This document shows positions 36,118-43,824 of a stretch of DNA of 49,482 bases, in pieces. The DNA is from Candidatus Aminicenantes bacterium. GTDB lineage: Bacteria; Acidobacteriota; Aminicenantia; UBA2199. Numbering within the stretch: position 1 is the first letter of the stretch; each line of letters begins with the position of its first letter. Location of the stretch: contig DAHVOV010000221.1 of NCBI GenBank assembly GCA_027318645.1, positions 1-49,482 on the forward strand, in the 5' to 3' direction. Below the pieces are notes generated by a model, which was given only the letters and a program-made list of their open reading frames with translations, was not told the DNA's origin and ran no database searches. Made by a program: the position numbers and the translations under genes.

Positions 36118-36385
36118 CAGCCGCGAGCGCTTTCCCGAGAGCGTGGCGATCCACGGGCGCCGGCGCGAGACCGCCCGCCAGGAGTTCACCGCCCGCGCCC
36201 GCGTCCTGCAGCTGCTGGCCGAGCGCGGGCCGCTCACCGTCCCCGAGGCGGCGCGCGAGCTGGGCGTCGGCGAGGCGGAGACGGCCTGGTGGCTGATGGG
36301 CTACGTGCGCTACGGCAGGGTCAAGGCGTCGGAGAAGCCCGACGACGAGGGCTACTACCGCTACGCCCTGGCCGAGGCGAGGTGA
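36107..36385 (+). CDS. small winged-helix-like protein (hypothetical)
   Basis: 92-aa ORF overlapping the hdrA stop by 11 nt. ARVLQLLAERGPLTVPEAARELGVGE resembles an HTH. Family not recognised. Confidence 0.5.
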   Translation: MSDNSRERFPESVAIHGRRRETARQEFTARARVLQLLAERGPLTVPEAARELGVGEAETAWWLMGYVRYGRVKASEKPDDEGYYRYALAEAR

Positions 36386-36387
36386 GC

Positions 36388-37470
36388 ATGGAAACGGTCA
36401 ACGCCGGCGTCCTGGCCGAGATCCGCAAGCTCGGCGCCTTCGACCTGCAGGCCTGCTACAGCTGCGGCACCTGCTCGGCCATCTGCCCGCTCTCCAAGGA
36501 GGCCGCCTCTTTTCCCCGGCGCATGATCCGCTACGCCCTGCTCGGGCTGGAGAAGCGCCTGCTCGCCGCCCCCGAGCCCTGGCTCTGCTACTACTGCGGC
36601 GAGTGCAGCGACTCCTGCCCGCGCCAGGCCGAGCCGGCGGCGCTGATGATGGCCCTGCGCCGCTTCGCCACCCGCCGCTACTCGCTCGGCCGCGTCGCCG
36701 ACGCCGTCTACTCGTCGCTGGGCTCGCTGGCCACCTGGCTGGCGCTCAGCGCCGTCGCCCTGGCCCTGGTGCTGCTGGCGCGGCAGCCGCATCCCGACAT
36801 GGCCCGCTTCGACTTCCAGTCGTTCATCCCCCTGGGTCCCATCCACTGGGCGGGGATCGCGCTGGTCGCCTTCATCGCCGGCGTGGCCGTTGTCCAGGTG
36901 TGGATCCTCGCCCGCAACCTGCGCGGCACGCCCAACGTCGTCGCCGCCCTGCGCGCGAAGAACGCCGGCCGGTCGGCGTTCCAGGCGCTCAAGGAGGCGG
37001 TGTTGCAGAGCCGCTTCGGCGAGTGCGCCGACGACCGGCTGCGGCGCCTGGCGCACATGGGGGTTTCCTGGGGCTTCATGGGCATGCTGCTGGCCACGAT
37101 GATCATCGGCGCCGTCGACTTCGGCTGGCTGCCCTGGCCGCGCTGGGTATCGCTCGCGGTCGGCTCCGTCTCCGGCGTCGCCTGCGCCCTGGGGCTGGGG
37201 TACTACGCCTGGCTGCGCCTGGGGAAGAGGACGGCGGTGGGCAAATATTCCCACCCCAGCGACTGGGCCTTCCTGCTGCTGCTGGCGCTGTCGGTGCTCA
37301 GCGGCTTCGTGGTCGTCGCCTTCCGCTTCCTGGGCCTGCCGGCGGCGGCCTACGCCACCGCCGCCTTCCACCTGGTCGTGGTCTTCGACCTGCTGGTCAC
37401 CTTCCCGTTCAGCAAGTTCGCCCACGTGGTCTACCGGCCGGTGGCCCTGTTCCTGGCCGGCTTGAAATAG
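36388..37470 (+). CDS. QmoC/HmeC-like membrane subunit: HdrC-type 2x[4Fe-4S] domain fused to a NarI-like cytochrome b domain
   Basis: CYSCGTCSAICP and CYYCGECSDSCP motifs, then 5-6 transmembrane helices with conserved His (HMGVSWGF, FHLVVVFD, FAHVVYRP). Confidence 0.75.
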   Translation: METVNAGVLAEIRKLGAFDLQACYSCGTCSAICPLSKEAASFPRRMIRYALLGLEKRLLAAPEPWLCYYCGECSDSCPRQAEPAALMMALRRFATRRYSLGRVADAVYSSLGSLATWLALSAVALALVLLARQPHPDMARFDFQSFIPLGPIHWAGIALVAFIAGVAVVQVWILARNLRGTPNVVAALRAKNAGRSAFQALKEAVLQSRFGECADDRLRRLAHMGVSWGFMGMLLATMIIGAVDFGWLPWPRWVSLAVGSVSGVACALGLGYYAWLRLGKRTAVGKYSHPSDWAFLLLLALSVLSGFVVVAFRFLGLPAAAYATAAFHLVVVFDLLVTFPFSKFAHVVYRPVALFLAGLK

Positions 37471-37499
37471 CCAAATCGAATCCCGAAAAGGAGATAAAA

Positions 37500-37982
37500 A
37501 TGAGCGACGCGCAACCCGTTGAGAAAGCCAGCATCGTCGTCATGAGCGGCGACATGGACAAGGTCATGGGCGCCTTCATCATCGCCACCGGCGCCGCCGC
37601 CTTCGACATGCAGGTCTCCATGTTCTTCACCTTCTGGGGCCTGAAGGCCATCCAGAAGGGGAACCTGACCGGCAAGGGGGCCATGGGCCGCATGCTGGGC
37701 GTGATGAACCGCGGCGGCATCGACCGCCTCGGCCCCTCCAAGTTCAACTTCGGCGGCATGGGCCGCTGGATGTTCAAGAAGATGATGAAGGCCCACAAGG
37801 TCACGCCGCTGCCCCAGCTGCTCAAGCAGGCCCAGGACCTCGGCGTGAAGCTCACCGCCTGCGAGATGAGCATGAACGTCATGGAGATCAAGAAGGAGGA
37901 CCTGATCGACGGCGTCCAGATCGGCGGCGTCGCCTCCTTCATCGCCGACGCCTCGGAGTCCAAGTTCTCGCTGTTCATCTAG
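37500..37982 (+). CDS. DsrE/DsrF-like family protein (DrsE_2 type)
   Basis: SIVVMSGDMDKVMGAFIIATGAAA...FFTFWGL...LTACEMSM pattern. Confidence 0.75.
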   Translation: MSDAQPVEKASIVVMSGDMDKVMGAFIIATGAAAFDMQVSMFFTFWGLKAIQKGNLTGKGAMGRMLGVMNRGGIDRLGPSKFNFGGMGRWMFKKMMKAHKVTPLPQLLKQAQDLGVKLTACEMSMNVMEIKKEDLIDGVQIGGVASFIADASESKFSLFI

Positions 37983-38013
37983 GAGCCGCCGGGCGAAACG
38001 AGAAGGGGCCGTC

Positions 38014-38601
38014 GTGACGCCGCCACGTGAGGTCGCGATGAAAACCATGGGCACGAAGACTGACCTGCAGGGCGTACGGGTGTTGTTCTGGTTCGGGATC
38101 GCGCTGCTCATCCTGGTCGCCGACTTCTTTGCCGGCCCCTTCATCCAGTTCCCCGTCACCTACCTGCTGCCGATCGCGCTGGCCTCCTGGTTCAGCGGGA
38201 TGGGCTGGGGGCTGGCCCTGGCCGTGGCCATGCCCATCGTGCGCTGGGTTTTCAACGTCGCCCTGTGGACGGTCCCGTGGACCTACGTCGAGGCCAGCAT
38301 CAACTGCGTCATCCGCATCACGGTGTTCTCGCTCTTCGTCGTCCTGATCGACCGGCTGGCCAGGCAGCAGCGCCGCCTCTCCATTGAGGTCGACATGCTG
38401 AGCGGCCTCCTGCCCATATGCTCCAGCTGCAAGAAGATCCGCAACGCCTCCGACGAATGGGAAGAGGTCGAGGCCTACATATCCAAGAAGACCGCCGCGG
38501 AGTTCACGCACGGGATCTGCCCGGACTGCATTAAAAAACTATATGGCACGGAGTTGCAGAAGATCAGAGAAGAAGCTGGAAAGGAAAAAGGTAAAAGGTA
38601 A
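38014..38601 (+). CDS. membrane protein (DUF4118-like 4-TM domain) with a coiled coil and a C-terminal Cys4 module
   Basis: Four hydrophobic helices followed by LLPICSSCKKIRNASDEWEEVEAYISKKTAAEFTHGICPDC. Start is GTG 38014 or ATG 38038. The last 7 codons and the stop lie inside the GGTAAAA repeat. Confidence 0.65.
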   Translation: MTPPREVAMKTMGTKTDLQGVRVLFWFGIALLILVADFFAGPFIQFPVTYLLPIALASWFSGMGWGLALAVAMPIVRWVFNVALWTVPWTYVEASINCVIRITVFSLFVVLIDRLARQQRRLSIEVDMLSGLLPICSSCKKIRNASDEWEEVEAYISKKTAAEFTHGICPDCIKKLYGTELQKIREEAGKEKGKR

Positions 38602-38699
38602 AAGGTAAAAGGAAAAAGGTGGCAGCCCTTTCCGGGCTCTATCGGGATCGTACTGGGCGTTTCTCTTACTTTTACCTTTTACCTTTTTACTTTTTCCTT
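38578..38699. repeat. GGTAAAA heptad hairpin between convergent genes, overlapping a CDS 3' end
   Basis: ggaaaggaaaaaggtaaaaggtaaaaggtaaaaggaaaaaggtgg / cttacttttaccttttacctttttactttttcc. The stop codon TAA at 38599-38601 lies inside the left arm. Confidence 0.85.
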
Positions 38700-38711
38700 G
38701 CTAGTCTTCCG

Positions 38712-39461
38712 CTATTTCTTTCTAGCCTGAACCAGTAACGTGAGCCCGCCCCGGGCCTTGGCCTCGTCGCCGGGGAAGGGGAGGGCCGCCGCCCATGCCG
38801 CCCAGATGAGGATGACGCCCAGGACGCGCAGCGGGATCAGCCAGCCCGGCAGGTCCTCGAGCCGCCAGGAGAGGCGGGCGAGGAACAGGTCGACGGGGCG
38901 GTGCAGGATGTAGCACATGCGCTCGGCAACGAACCCGGCGCGCGCCAGCTTGGGACTGACCGACTCCTTCGTGTAGAACGAATTGACGGCATAGCGGCGG
39001 CGGTGGCGCTCCCGCTCGCGCTCGCTGATCCCCGGGTTGCTCAGGCTGTCGGCGGAGAAGACGAGGCGGCCGCCCGGCCGCAGCACGCGCGCCGCGTGGG
39101 CCAGCACCGCCTCGTCGCGGCCGAAGTGCTCGATCACGCACAGGCTCATCACCTTGTCGAAGGAGGCGTCGGCGAGGTCCATCTTTTCGGCGTCCATCCG
39201 CACGAAGGCGCAGCGCTCGCTGCCGCGGCAGCGCTGGGCGAAGGGCAGCCAGCGCGGGTGGATGTCGATTCCCAGAACGCGGGCGCCGCGGCGCGCCACC
39301 TGCGCCGTATAGCCGCCGTCGCCGCAGCCGATGTCCAGGATGTCCTCCCCCGGCCGGGCGTCGAGCCAGCGCAGGATGGCGCGGCATTCCCCGCGGCGGC
39401 GGAAGTTGAAGCGGCCCGCGTCCCGCACCCAGCGCATGAGTAGTTCGCTGCGTTTCGCCAT
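38712..39461 (-). CDS. class I SAM-dependent methyltransferase with a C-terminal membrane helix
   Basis: ILDIGCGDGGYT motif I and VMSLCVIEHF. Start taken at MAKRSELL (39461); the upstream part of the track ORF has no support. Confidence 0.75.
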   Translation of the reverse strand: MAKRSELLMRWVRDAGRFNFRRRGECRAILRWLDARPGEDILDIGCGDGGYTAQVARRGARVLGIDIHPRWLPFAQRCRGSERCAFVRMDAEKMDLADASFDKVMSLCVIEHFGRDEAVLAHAARVLRPGGRLVFSADSLSNPGISERERERHRRRYAVNSFYTKESVSPKLARAGFVAERMCYILHRPVDLFLARLSWRLEDLPGWLIPLRVLGVILIWAAWAAALPFPGDEAKARGGLTLLVQARKK

Positions 39462-39474
39462 GGTCCCTGCCGGG

Positions 39475-39523
39475 ATGATACAATGCGGCGCCGGGCAAGG
39501 CAAATCCGCCTTGACTTGCCCGG
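39475..39523 (-). promoter_or_regulatory. promoter candidate for the methyltransferase gene plus a 9-15-9 palindrome in the divergent region shared with ino1
   Basis: On the minus strand, TTGCCT (39498-39503)-17 nt-TATCAT (39475-39480), 13 nt from ATG 39461. The palindrome is CCGGGCAAG (39491-39499)/CTTGCCCGG (39515-39523). Confidence 0.4.
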
Positions 39524-39685
39524 GGTGTAGTGCTACCGTAATCAGGCGGAGACATGGACGCGAAAATGAATTTTCTTGGCGAGGGGGAGAGCGTTCAAGC
39601 GATCCAAGGCGGCGGTAGCGCCGGGGTCCGTCCGGGGGTTTCAATGGGCGTGCGGCACGGATCCGCGGGATCGTAGCGAGGGAAC

Positions 39686-40795
39686 ATGGCGAGGATCAAG
39701 ATCGCGATCGTGGGGGTCGGCAACTGCGCCTCCGCCCTGGTCCAGGGCATCGCCTACTACGGCAGGCGCAAGGCCGCCGGTGCCAGCGGCCTGATGCACT
39801 GGGACCTGGGCGGCTACGTTCCCGGCGACATCCAGGTGGTCGCCGCCTTCGACATCGACCGCCGCAAGGTCGGCCGCGACGTCAGCGAGGCCATCTTCGC
39901 CAAGCCCAACTGCACCAAGGTCTTCTGCCCCAGGGTGCCGCGCAGCGGGGTGAAGGTGCGCATGGGCCGCATCCTCGACGGCGTGGCCCCGCACATGAAA
40001 AATTACGATCCCGACTGCGTCTTCCAGCCGGCCGCCGCCCGGCAGCCCGACCGCGCCGCCGTGGTCCGCGCCCTGCGCGAGAGCGGCGCCGAGGTGCTGA
40101 TGAACTACCTGCCGGTGGGCTCGGAGAAGGCGGTCAGGTTCTATGCCCAGTGCGCCCTGGACGCCGGCGTCGGCCTGGTCAACAACATGCCGGTGTTCAT
40201 CGCCAGCGCCGCTTCGGGCGAGTGGGCCGAGCGCTTCGCCGAGCGCGGCCTGCCCATCATCGGCGACGACATCAAGTCGCAGCTGGGGGCCACCATCACC
40301 CACCGCGTGCTGGCCAAGCTGTTCAGCGACCGCGGCATCAAGATCGAGCGCACCTACCAGCTCAACACCGGCGGCAACACCGACTTCCTGAACATGCTCG
40401 ACCAGACCCGGCTGAAGAGCAAGCGCATCTCCAAGACCAGCGCCGTGACCTCGGTCCTGGGCCAGCCGTTGGCCGCCCGCGACATCCACATCGGCCCCAG
40501 CGACTACATCCCCTGGCTGCAGGACAACAAGCTCTGCTTCCTGCGCATCGAGGGCCGCGGCTTCGGCGATGTGCCCATGCATGTCGAGTTGCGCCTCTCG
40601 GTCGAAGACTCTCCCAACTCGGCCGGCGTGGGCATCGACGCCATCCGCTGCATCAAGCTGGCCCTGAAGCGGGGCCAGTCGGGCATCCTCTACGGCCCGT
40701 CCGCCTACTTCATGAAGCATCCCCCGCGGCAGTATCCCGACGACCAGGCCCGGGAAATGGTGGAGAGGTTCATCCGCGGGGAAGACCGGGAGTAG
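39686..40795 (+). CDS. ino1: inositol-3-phosphate synthase (myo-inositol-1-phosphate synthase)
   Basis: IKIAIVGVGNCASALVQGI, GDDIKSQLGAT and NTGGNTDF motifs of bacterial/archaeal MIPS. Confidence 0.9.
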   Translation: MARIKIAIVGVGNCASALVQGIAYYGRRKAAGASGLMHWDLGGYVPGDIQVVAAFDIDRRKVGRDVSEAIFAKPNCTKVFCPRVPRSGVKVRMGRILDGVAPHMKNYDPDCVFQPAAARQPDRAAVVRALRESGAEVLMNYLPVGSEKAVRFYAQCALDAGVGLVNNMPVFIASAASGEWAERFAERGLPIIGDDIKSQLGATITHRVLAKLFSDRGIKIERTYQLNTGGNTDFLNMLDQTRLKSKRISKTSAVTSVLGQPLAARDIHIGPSDYIPWLQDNKLCFLRIEGRGFGDVPMHVELRLSVEDSPNSAGVGIDAIRCIKLALKRGQSGILYGPSAYFMKHPPRQYPDDQAREMVERFIRGEDRE

Positions 40796-40798
40796 TCC

Positions 40799-41521
40799 TT
40801 GCGCTGCCTGATCATCGCCGCCGGCCGCGGCAGCCGACTGGCCGGTCGCTTCCCGCTCAAGCCGCTGGCGCCGCTGGCCGGCACGCCGCTGATCGAGCGC
40901 GTCATGGCCCTGGCCGCCGGCGAGGGGCTGCGCGAGTTCGTGGTCGTCGGCGGTTACCGCTTCCCCGAGCTGGCCCGCTTCGTGCGCGAGGCCGCCTCGC
41001 GCCTGGGCGTGGACGCCGAGATGGTGGAGAACCCCGACTGGCGGCTCGAGAACGGCCTTTCGCTGCTGGCCGCCCGGCCGGTGCTGGGGCACGACTTCGT
41101 CGTGCTCATGTCCGACCACATCTTTGACGGCGGCCTGCTGGCCGTCGCCATGGCCGCGCCCGTCCGCGAGGGCCAGGCGGCGCTGGTCGTCGACTACCGC
41201 GTGAGCGACCACCCCACCGCCGACTTGGAGGACGTGACCAAGGTGCGGGTGCGGGACGGCCGCATCGCCGACATCGGCAAGAACCTGTCGCTGTACAATG
41301 CCTTCGACACGGGAATCTTCCGCGGCACGGCCGGGCTGCTCGCCGCCCTGGAGGAGAGCCGCCGCGGCGGCGACGGCTCGCTCTCCGGCGGCATGCGCGT
41401 CCTGGCCCGGCGCGGCGAGGCGCTGGCCCTCGACGGCGGCGGCCGCTTCTGGATCGACGTCGACGACGAGCGCGCCTTCGCCCTGGCCGAGGAGATCGTG
41501 GCCCGGGGCGCCGCCCTCTGA
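40799..41521 (+). CDS. nucleotidyltransferase (NTP_transf_3, IPCT-like)
   Basis: TTG start 7 nt after GGGAG. LIIAAGRGSRL signature, and the position directly after MIPS suggests a CTP:inositol-1-phosphate cytidylyltransferase. Confidence 0.7.
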   Translation: MRCLIIAAGRGSRLAGRFPLKPLAPLAGTPLIERVMALAAGEGLREFVVVGGYRFPELARFVREAASRLGVDAEMVENPDWRLENGLSLLAARPVLGHDFVVLMSDHIFDGGLLAVAMAAPVREGQAALVVDYRVSDHPTADLEDVTKVRVRDGRIADIGKNLSLYNAFDTGIFRGTAGLLAALEESRRGGDGSLSGGMRVLARRGEALALDGGGRFWIDVDDERAFALAEEIVARGAAL

Positions 41522-41523
41522 CC

Positions 41524-42540
41524 ATGGCCGGGCGCAAGCGGGACCGGCGCGCGCTGCGGATGGTCTTCGTGGCCCTCGGCGTGGCCCTGTTCGCCTACCT
41601 GGTCGCCGACATGGGCGTGGGCACCATCCTGGCCCAGGTCTCGCGCTTCGGCCGCTGGTTCGCCGTCATCTGCCTGCTGAACGCCGCCTGGTTCCTGTTC
41701 CAGGCGCTGGCCTGGCGCACCATCCAGCGCGAGCATCTCCGCGGCGTGCCGCTGGCGCGCCTCTTCGAGCTCAAGTTCATCAGCGACGCGCTGAACACCC
41801 TGCTGCCGACGGCGAACCTGGGCGGCGAGGTGGCGCGGCTGCATCTCAGCCGGAGCTTCCTGACCCGCAAGCAGGCGCTGGCCGGCCTCCTGGTCGACAA
41901 GACCGTCGAGTACGGCGCCGGCATCCCCTTCATGGCCCTGGGCTTCCTCGCGGCCTGGGCCGGCGGCTATTTCCCCAGGCCCCTGGCCCTGCCCGCCCTC
42001 CTGTGCCTGGCCATCTCGCTGGCAGCGGTCCTCATCTTCGCGGCCTTCCAGGTGAAGGGCATGCACCCGGTGCTGTCCGCGCTCGCGCGCATCGCGCCGC
42101 CGCTGCGGAGGGCGATCGCGGAGCGCGAAAGGCAGATCCGCCGCCTGGGGCTGCAGCTGGTGCGCCTGTACCGGGTCCCGCGCGGGCGCACGCTGGCGGC
42201 ATGGAGCTGGCATTTCCTGGCCCGCCTGACCGGCGTGCTCGAGACCTTCCTGATCATGCGCGTGCTCGGCTGGCCCGTGAGCTTCGGCCATGCCCTGTTC
42301 ATCACCGCCATGGTCGCCGGCATCAACACCGTGTTCTTCCTCATGCCCGGGCAGTGGGGGATCGCCGAGGGCTCGCACCTCTTCATCCTGCACAGCATGG
42401 GCTATCCGCCGCTGATCGGGCTCAGCATGGGCGTCATCAAGCGCGTCCGCAAGCTGGCCTTCGCCGCGGCGGGAGTGCCGCTGTACTATGCCGCCAGCCG
42501 CCGCAGCGCGCCGCCGGCCGGGGGGGACTCCCGTGCTTGA
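41524..42540 (+). CDS. flippase-like membrane protein (LPG_synthase_TM / UPF0104 family)
   Basis: About 8 transmembrane helices. Motif layout WR..L......S......N.L.P...GGE..R as in PF03706. Confidence 0.7.
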   Translation: MAGRKRDRRALRMVFVALGVALFAYLVADMGVGTILAQVSRFGRWFAVICLLNAAWFLFQALAWRTIQREHLRGVPLARLFELKFISDALNTLLPTANLGGEVARLHLSRSFLTRKQALAGLLVDKTVEYGAGIPFMALGFLAAWAGGYFPRPLALPALLCLAISLAAVLIFAAFQVKGMHPVLSALARIAPPLRRAIAERERQIRRLGLQLVRLYRVPRGRTLAAWSWHFLARLTGVLETFLIMRVLGWPVSFGHALFITAMVAGINTVFFLMPGQWGIAEGSHLFILHSMGYPPLIGLSMGVIKRVRKLAFAAAGVPLYYAASRRSAPPAGGDSRA

Positions 42541-43816
42541 GCAGGCGGTCATCCTGGCCGGGCCCCTGCCCGCCGGCCGCCCGGCCCCCAACGACCCGCG
42601 CCGGGTCTTCCTCGGGCTGGGGCTCCTGGAGCGCATGGTGCTGACCCTGGCCCACGAGGGCATCCGCGACGTCCTGGTGGTGGCCCGCGGCCGCGGCGAA
42701 GGCCTGGAAGCCCTGCGGGCCAAGGCAGCAGGGTGGGGCCGCACCGGCGCCAGGGTGCGCCTCTCCGTGCCGGCCGGGGCGGAGCTGCCGCTGCCCCGGC
42801 AGCCTTTCCTGCTGGCGACGGCGATGGCGGTGTTCGCCCCCGGCCAGGCCCGCGAGATCGGGCGCCTCGAGGCGGAAGGCGACCGGGTCCTGGCCGCGGA
42901 CGCCTCCTGCGGACAACCGGCGTACATTGGCCTGGCGCTGTGCCGGGCGGCCTCTTTCCCGCTCCTGAAGGCGGAGCTCACCGACGGCATGCTTACCGGT
43001 GGCGCGGGGAGCTTCCTGTCCTCCGCGCCGGCGCTGGCCGTACCCGGGAACGGCTGGGTCGAGGTCAGGGACCGTGCCGACCTGCGGCGGGCGCTGCGCC
43101 TGCTGCGCCGCTCGCTGGGAAAGCCCAGCGACGGCTTCTTCTCGCGCCACCTGAACCGCCGCATTTCCTGGCCCATCAGCCGCCTGCTCATCCGCCTGGG
43201 GGCGCGGCCGAACCCGGTCACCATCGCCAACCTGGCCCTGGGCCTGGCCAGCGCGGCGCTGCTCGCCAGCGGCGGCCTGGCGGCCACCGTGGCCGCCGGC
43301 CTGTTGTTCCAGTTCGTCTCCATCACCGACGGCTGCGACGGCGAGATCGCCCGGCTGACCTTCCGCCACTCCGCCCTGGGCGCCCGCCTCGACAACGTGT
43401 GCGACGCCATCGTCATCGTCGCCTTCTTCCTGTGCCTGCCCGTGGGACTTTATGCCCACGCGCGGGACAGCGGCTACCTGGTCCTGGGCGGGACGATGGT
43501 GCTCTCGGTGGCCGTGTTCTACCTGCTGCTGCTGGCGCGCATCCGCCTCAGCCGCCATCGCGGCAACATCGCCGAGATGGCGCACGAGATCCAGAACAGG
43601 GGGAAGGCCGGCCGGACGCTGAGCTGGCTCGAGCGCCTGGGCACCCGACTGGGCTTCATCTACCGCAAGGAGTTCATCTCGCTGTACTCCATGGCCTGGT
43701 GCGTGGCCGGCCGCGCCCAGGGGCTCCTCTGGACCATCGTCATCCTGACGCCGATGGGCATCGTGTACCAGCTCGACAACATCCGCAAGCTGATCTTGAG
43801 CAAAAAAACGCAATAA
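42533..43816 (+). CDS. CDP-alcohol phosphatidyltransferase with a degenerate N-terminal nucleotidyltransferase-like domain
   Basis: DGCDGEIARLTFRHSALGARLDNVCD matches D-G-x2-A-R-x8-G-x3-D-x3-D. The N-terminal AVILAGPLPAGRP lacks the G-x-G-T-R-L loop. GTG 42533 follows a G-rich RBS; ATG 42488 is an alternative. Confidence 0.75.
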   Translation: MLEQAVILAGPLPAGRPAPNDPRRVFLGLGLLERMVLTLAHEGIRDVLVVARGRGEGLEALRAKAAGWGRTGARVRLSVPAGAELPLPRQPFLLATAMAVFAPGQAREIGRLEAEGDRVLAADASCGQPAYIGLALCRAASFPLLKAELTDGMLTGGAGSFLSSAPALAVPGNGWVEVRDRADLRRALRLLRRSLGKPSDGFFSRHLNRRISWPISRLLIRLGARPNPVTIANLALGLASAALLASGGLAATVAAGLLFQFVSITDGCDGEIARLTFRHSALGARLDNVCDAIVIVAFFLCLPVGLYAHARDSGYLVLGGTMVLSVAVFYLLLLARIRLSRHRGNIAEMAHEIQNRGKAGRTLSWLERLGTRLGFIYRKEFISLYSMAWCVAGRAQGLLWTIVILTPMGIVYQLDNIRKLILSKKTQ

Positions 43817-43824
43817 ACTAACAT

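Noticed and set aside
38544-38558. Sigma-54 promoter-like TGGCACGGAGTTGCA
   Set aside because: The GG-to-GC spacing is one nt short of the consensus. The site lies inside the 38014-38601 coding sequence, and no same-strand gene follows it.
42488-42532. ATG 42488 as the start of the CDP-alcohol transferase gene
   Set aside because: It would overlap the preceding gene by 53 nt and add an Ala/Arg/Pro-rich stretch. GTG 42533 follows a G-rich RBS and begins the recognisable domain. It remains a possible alternative.
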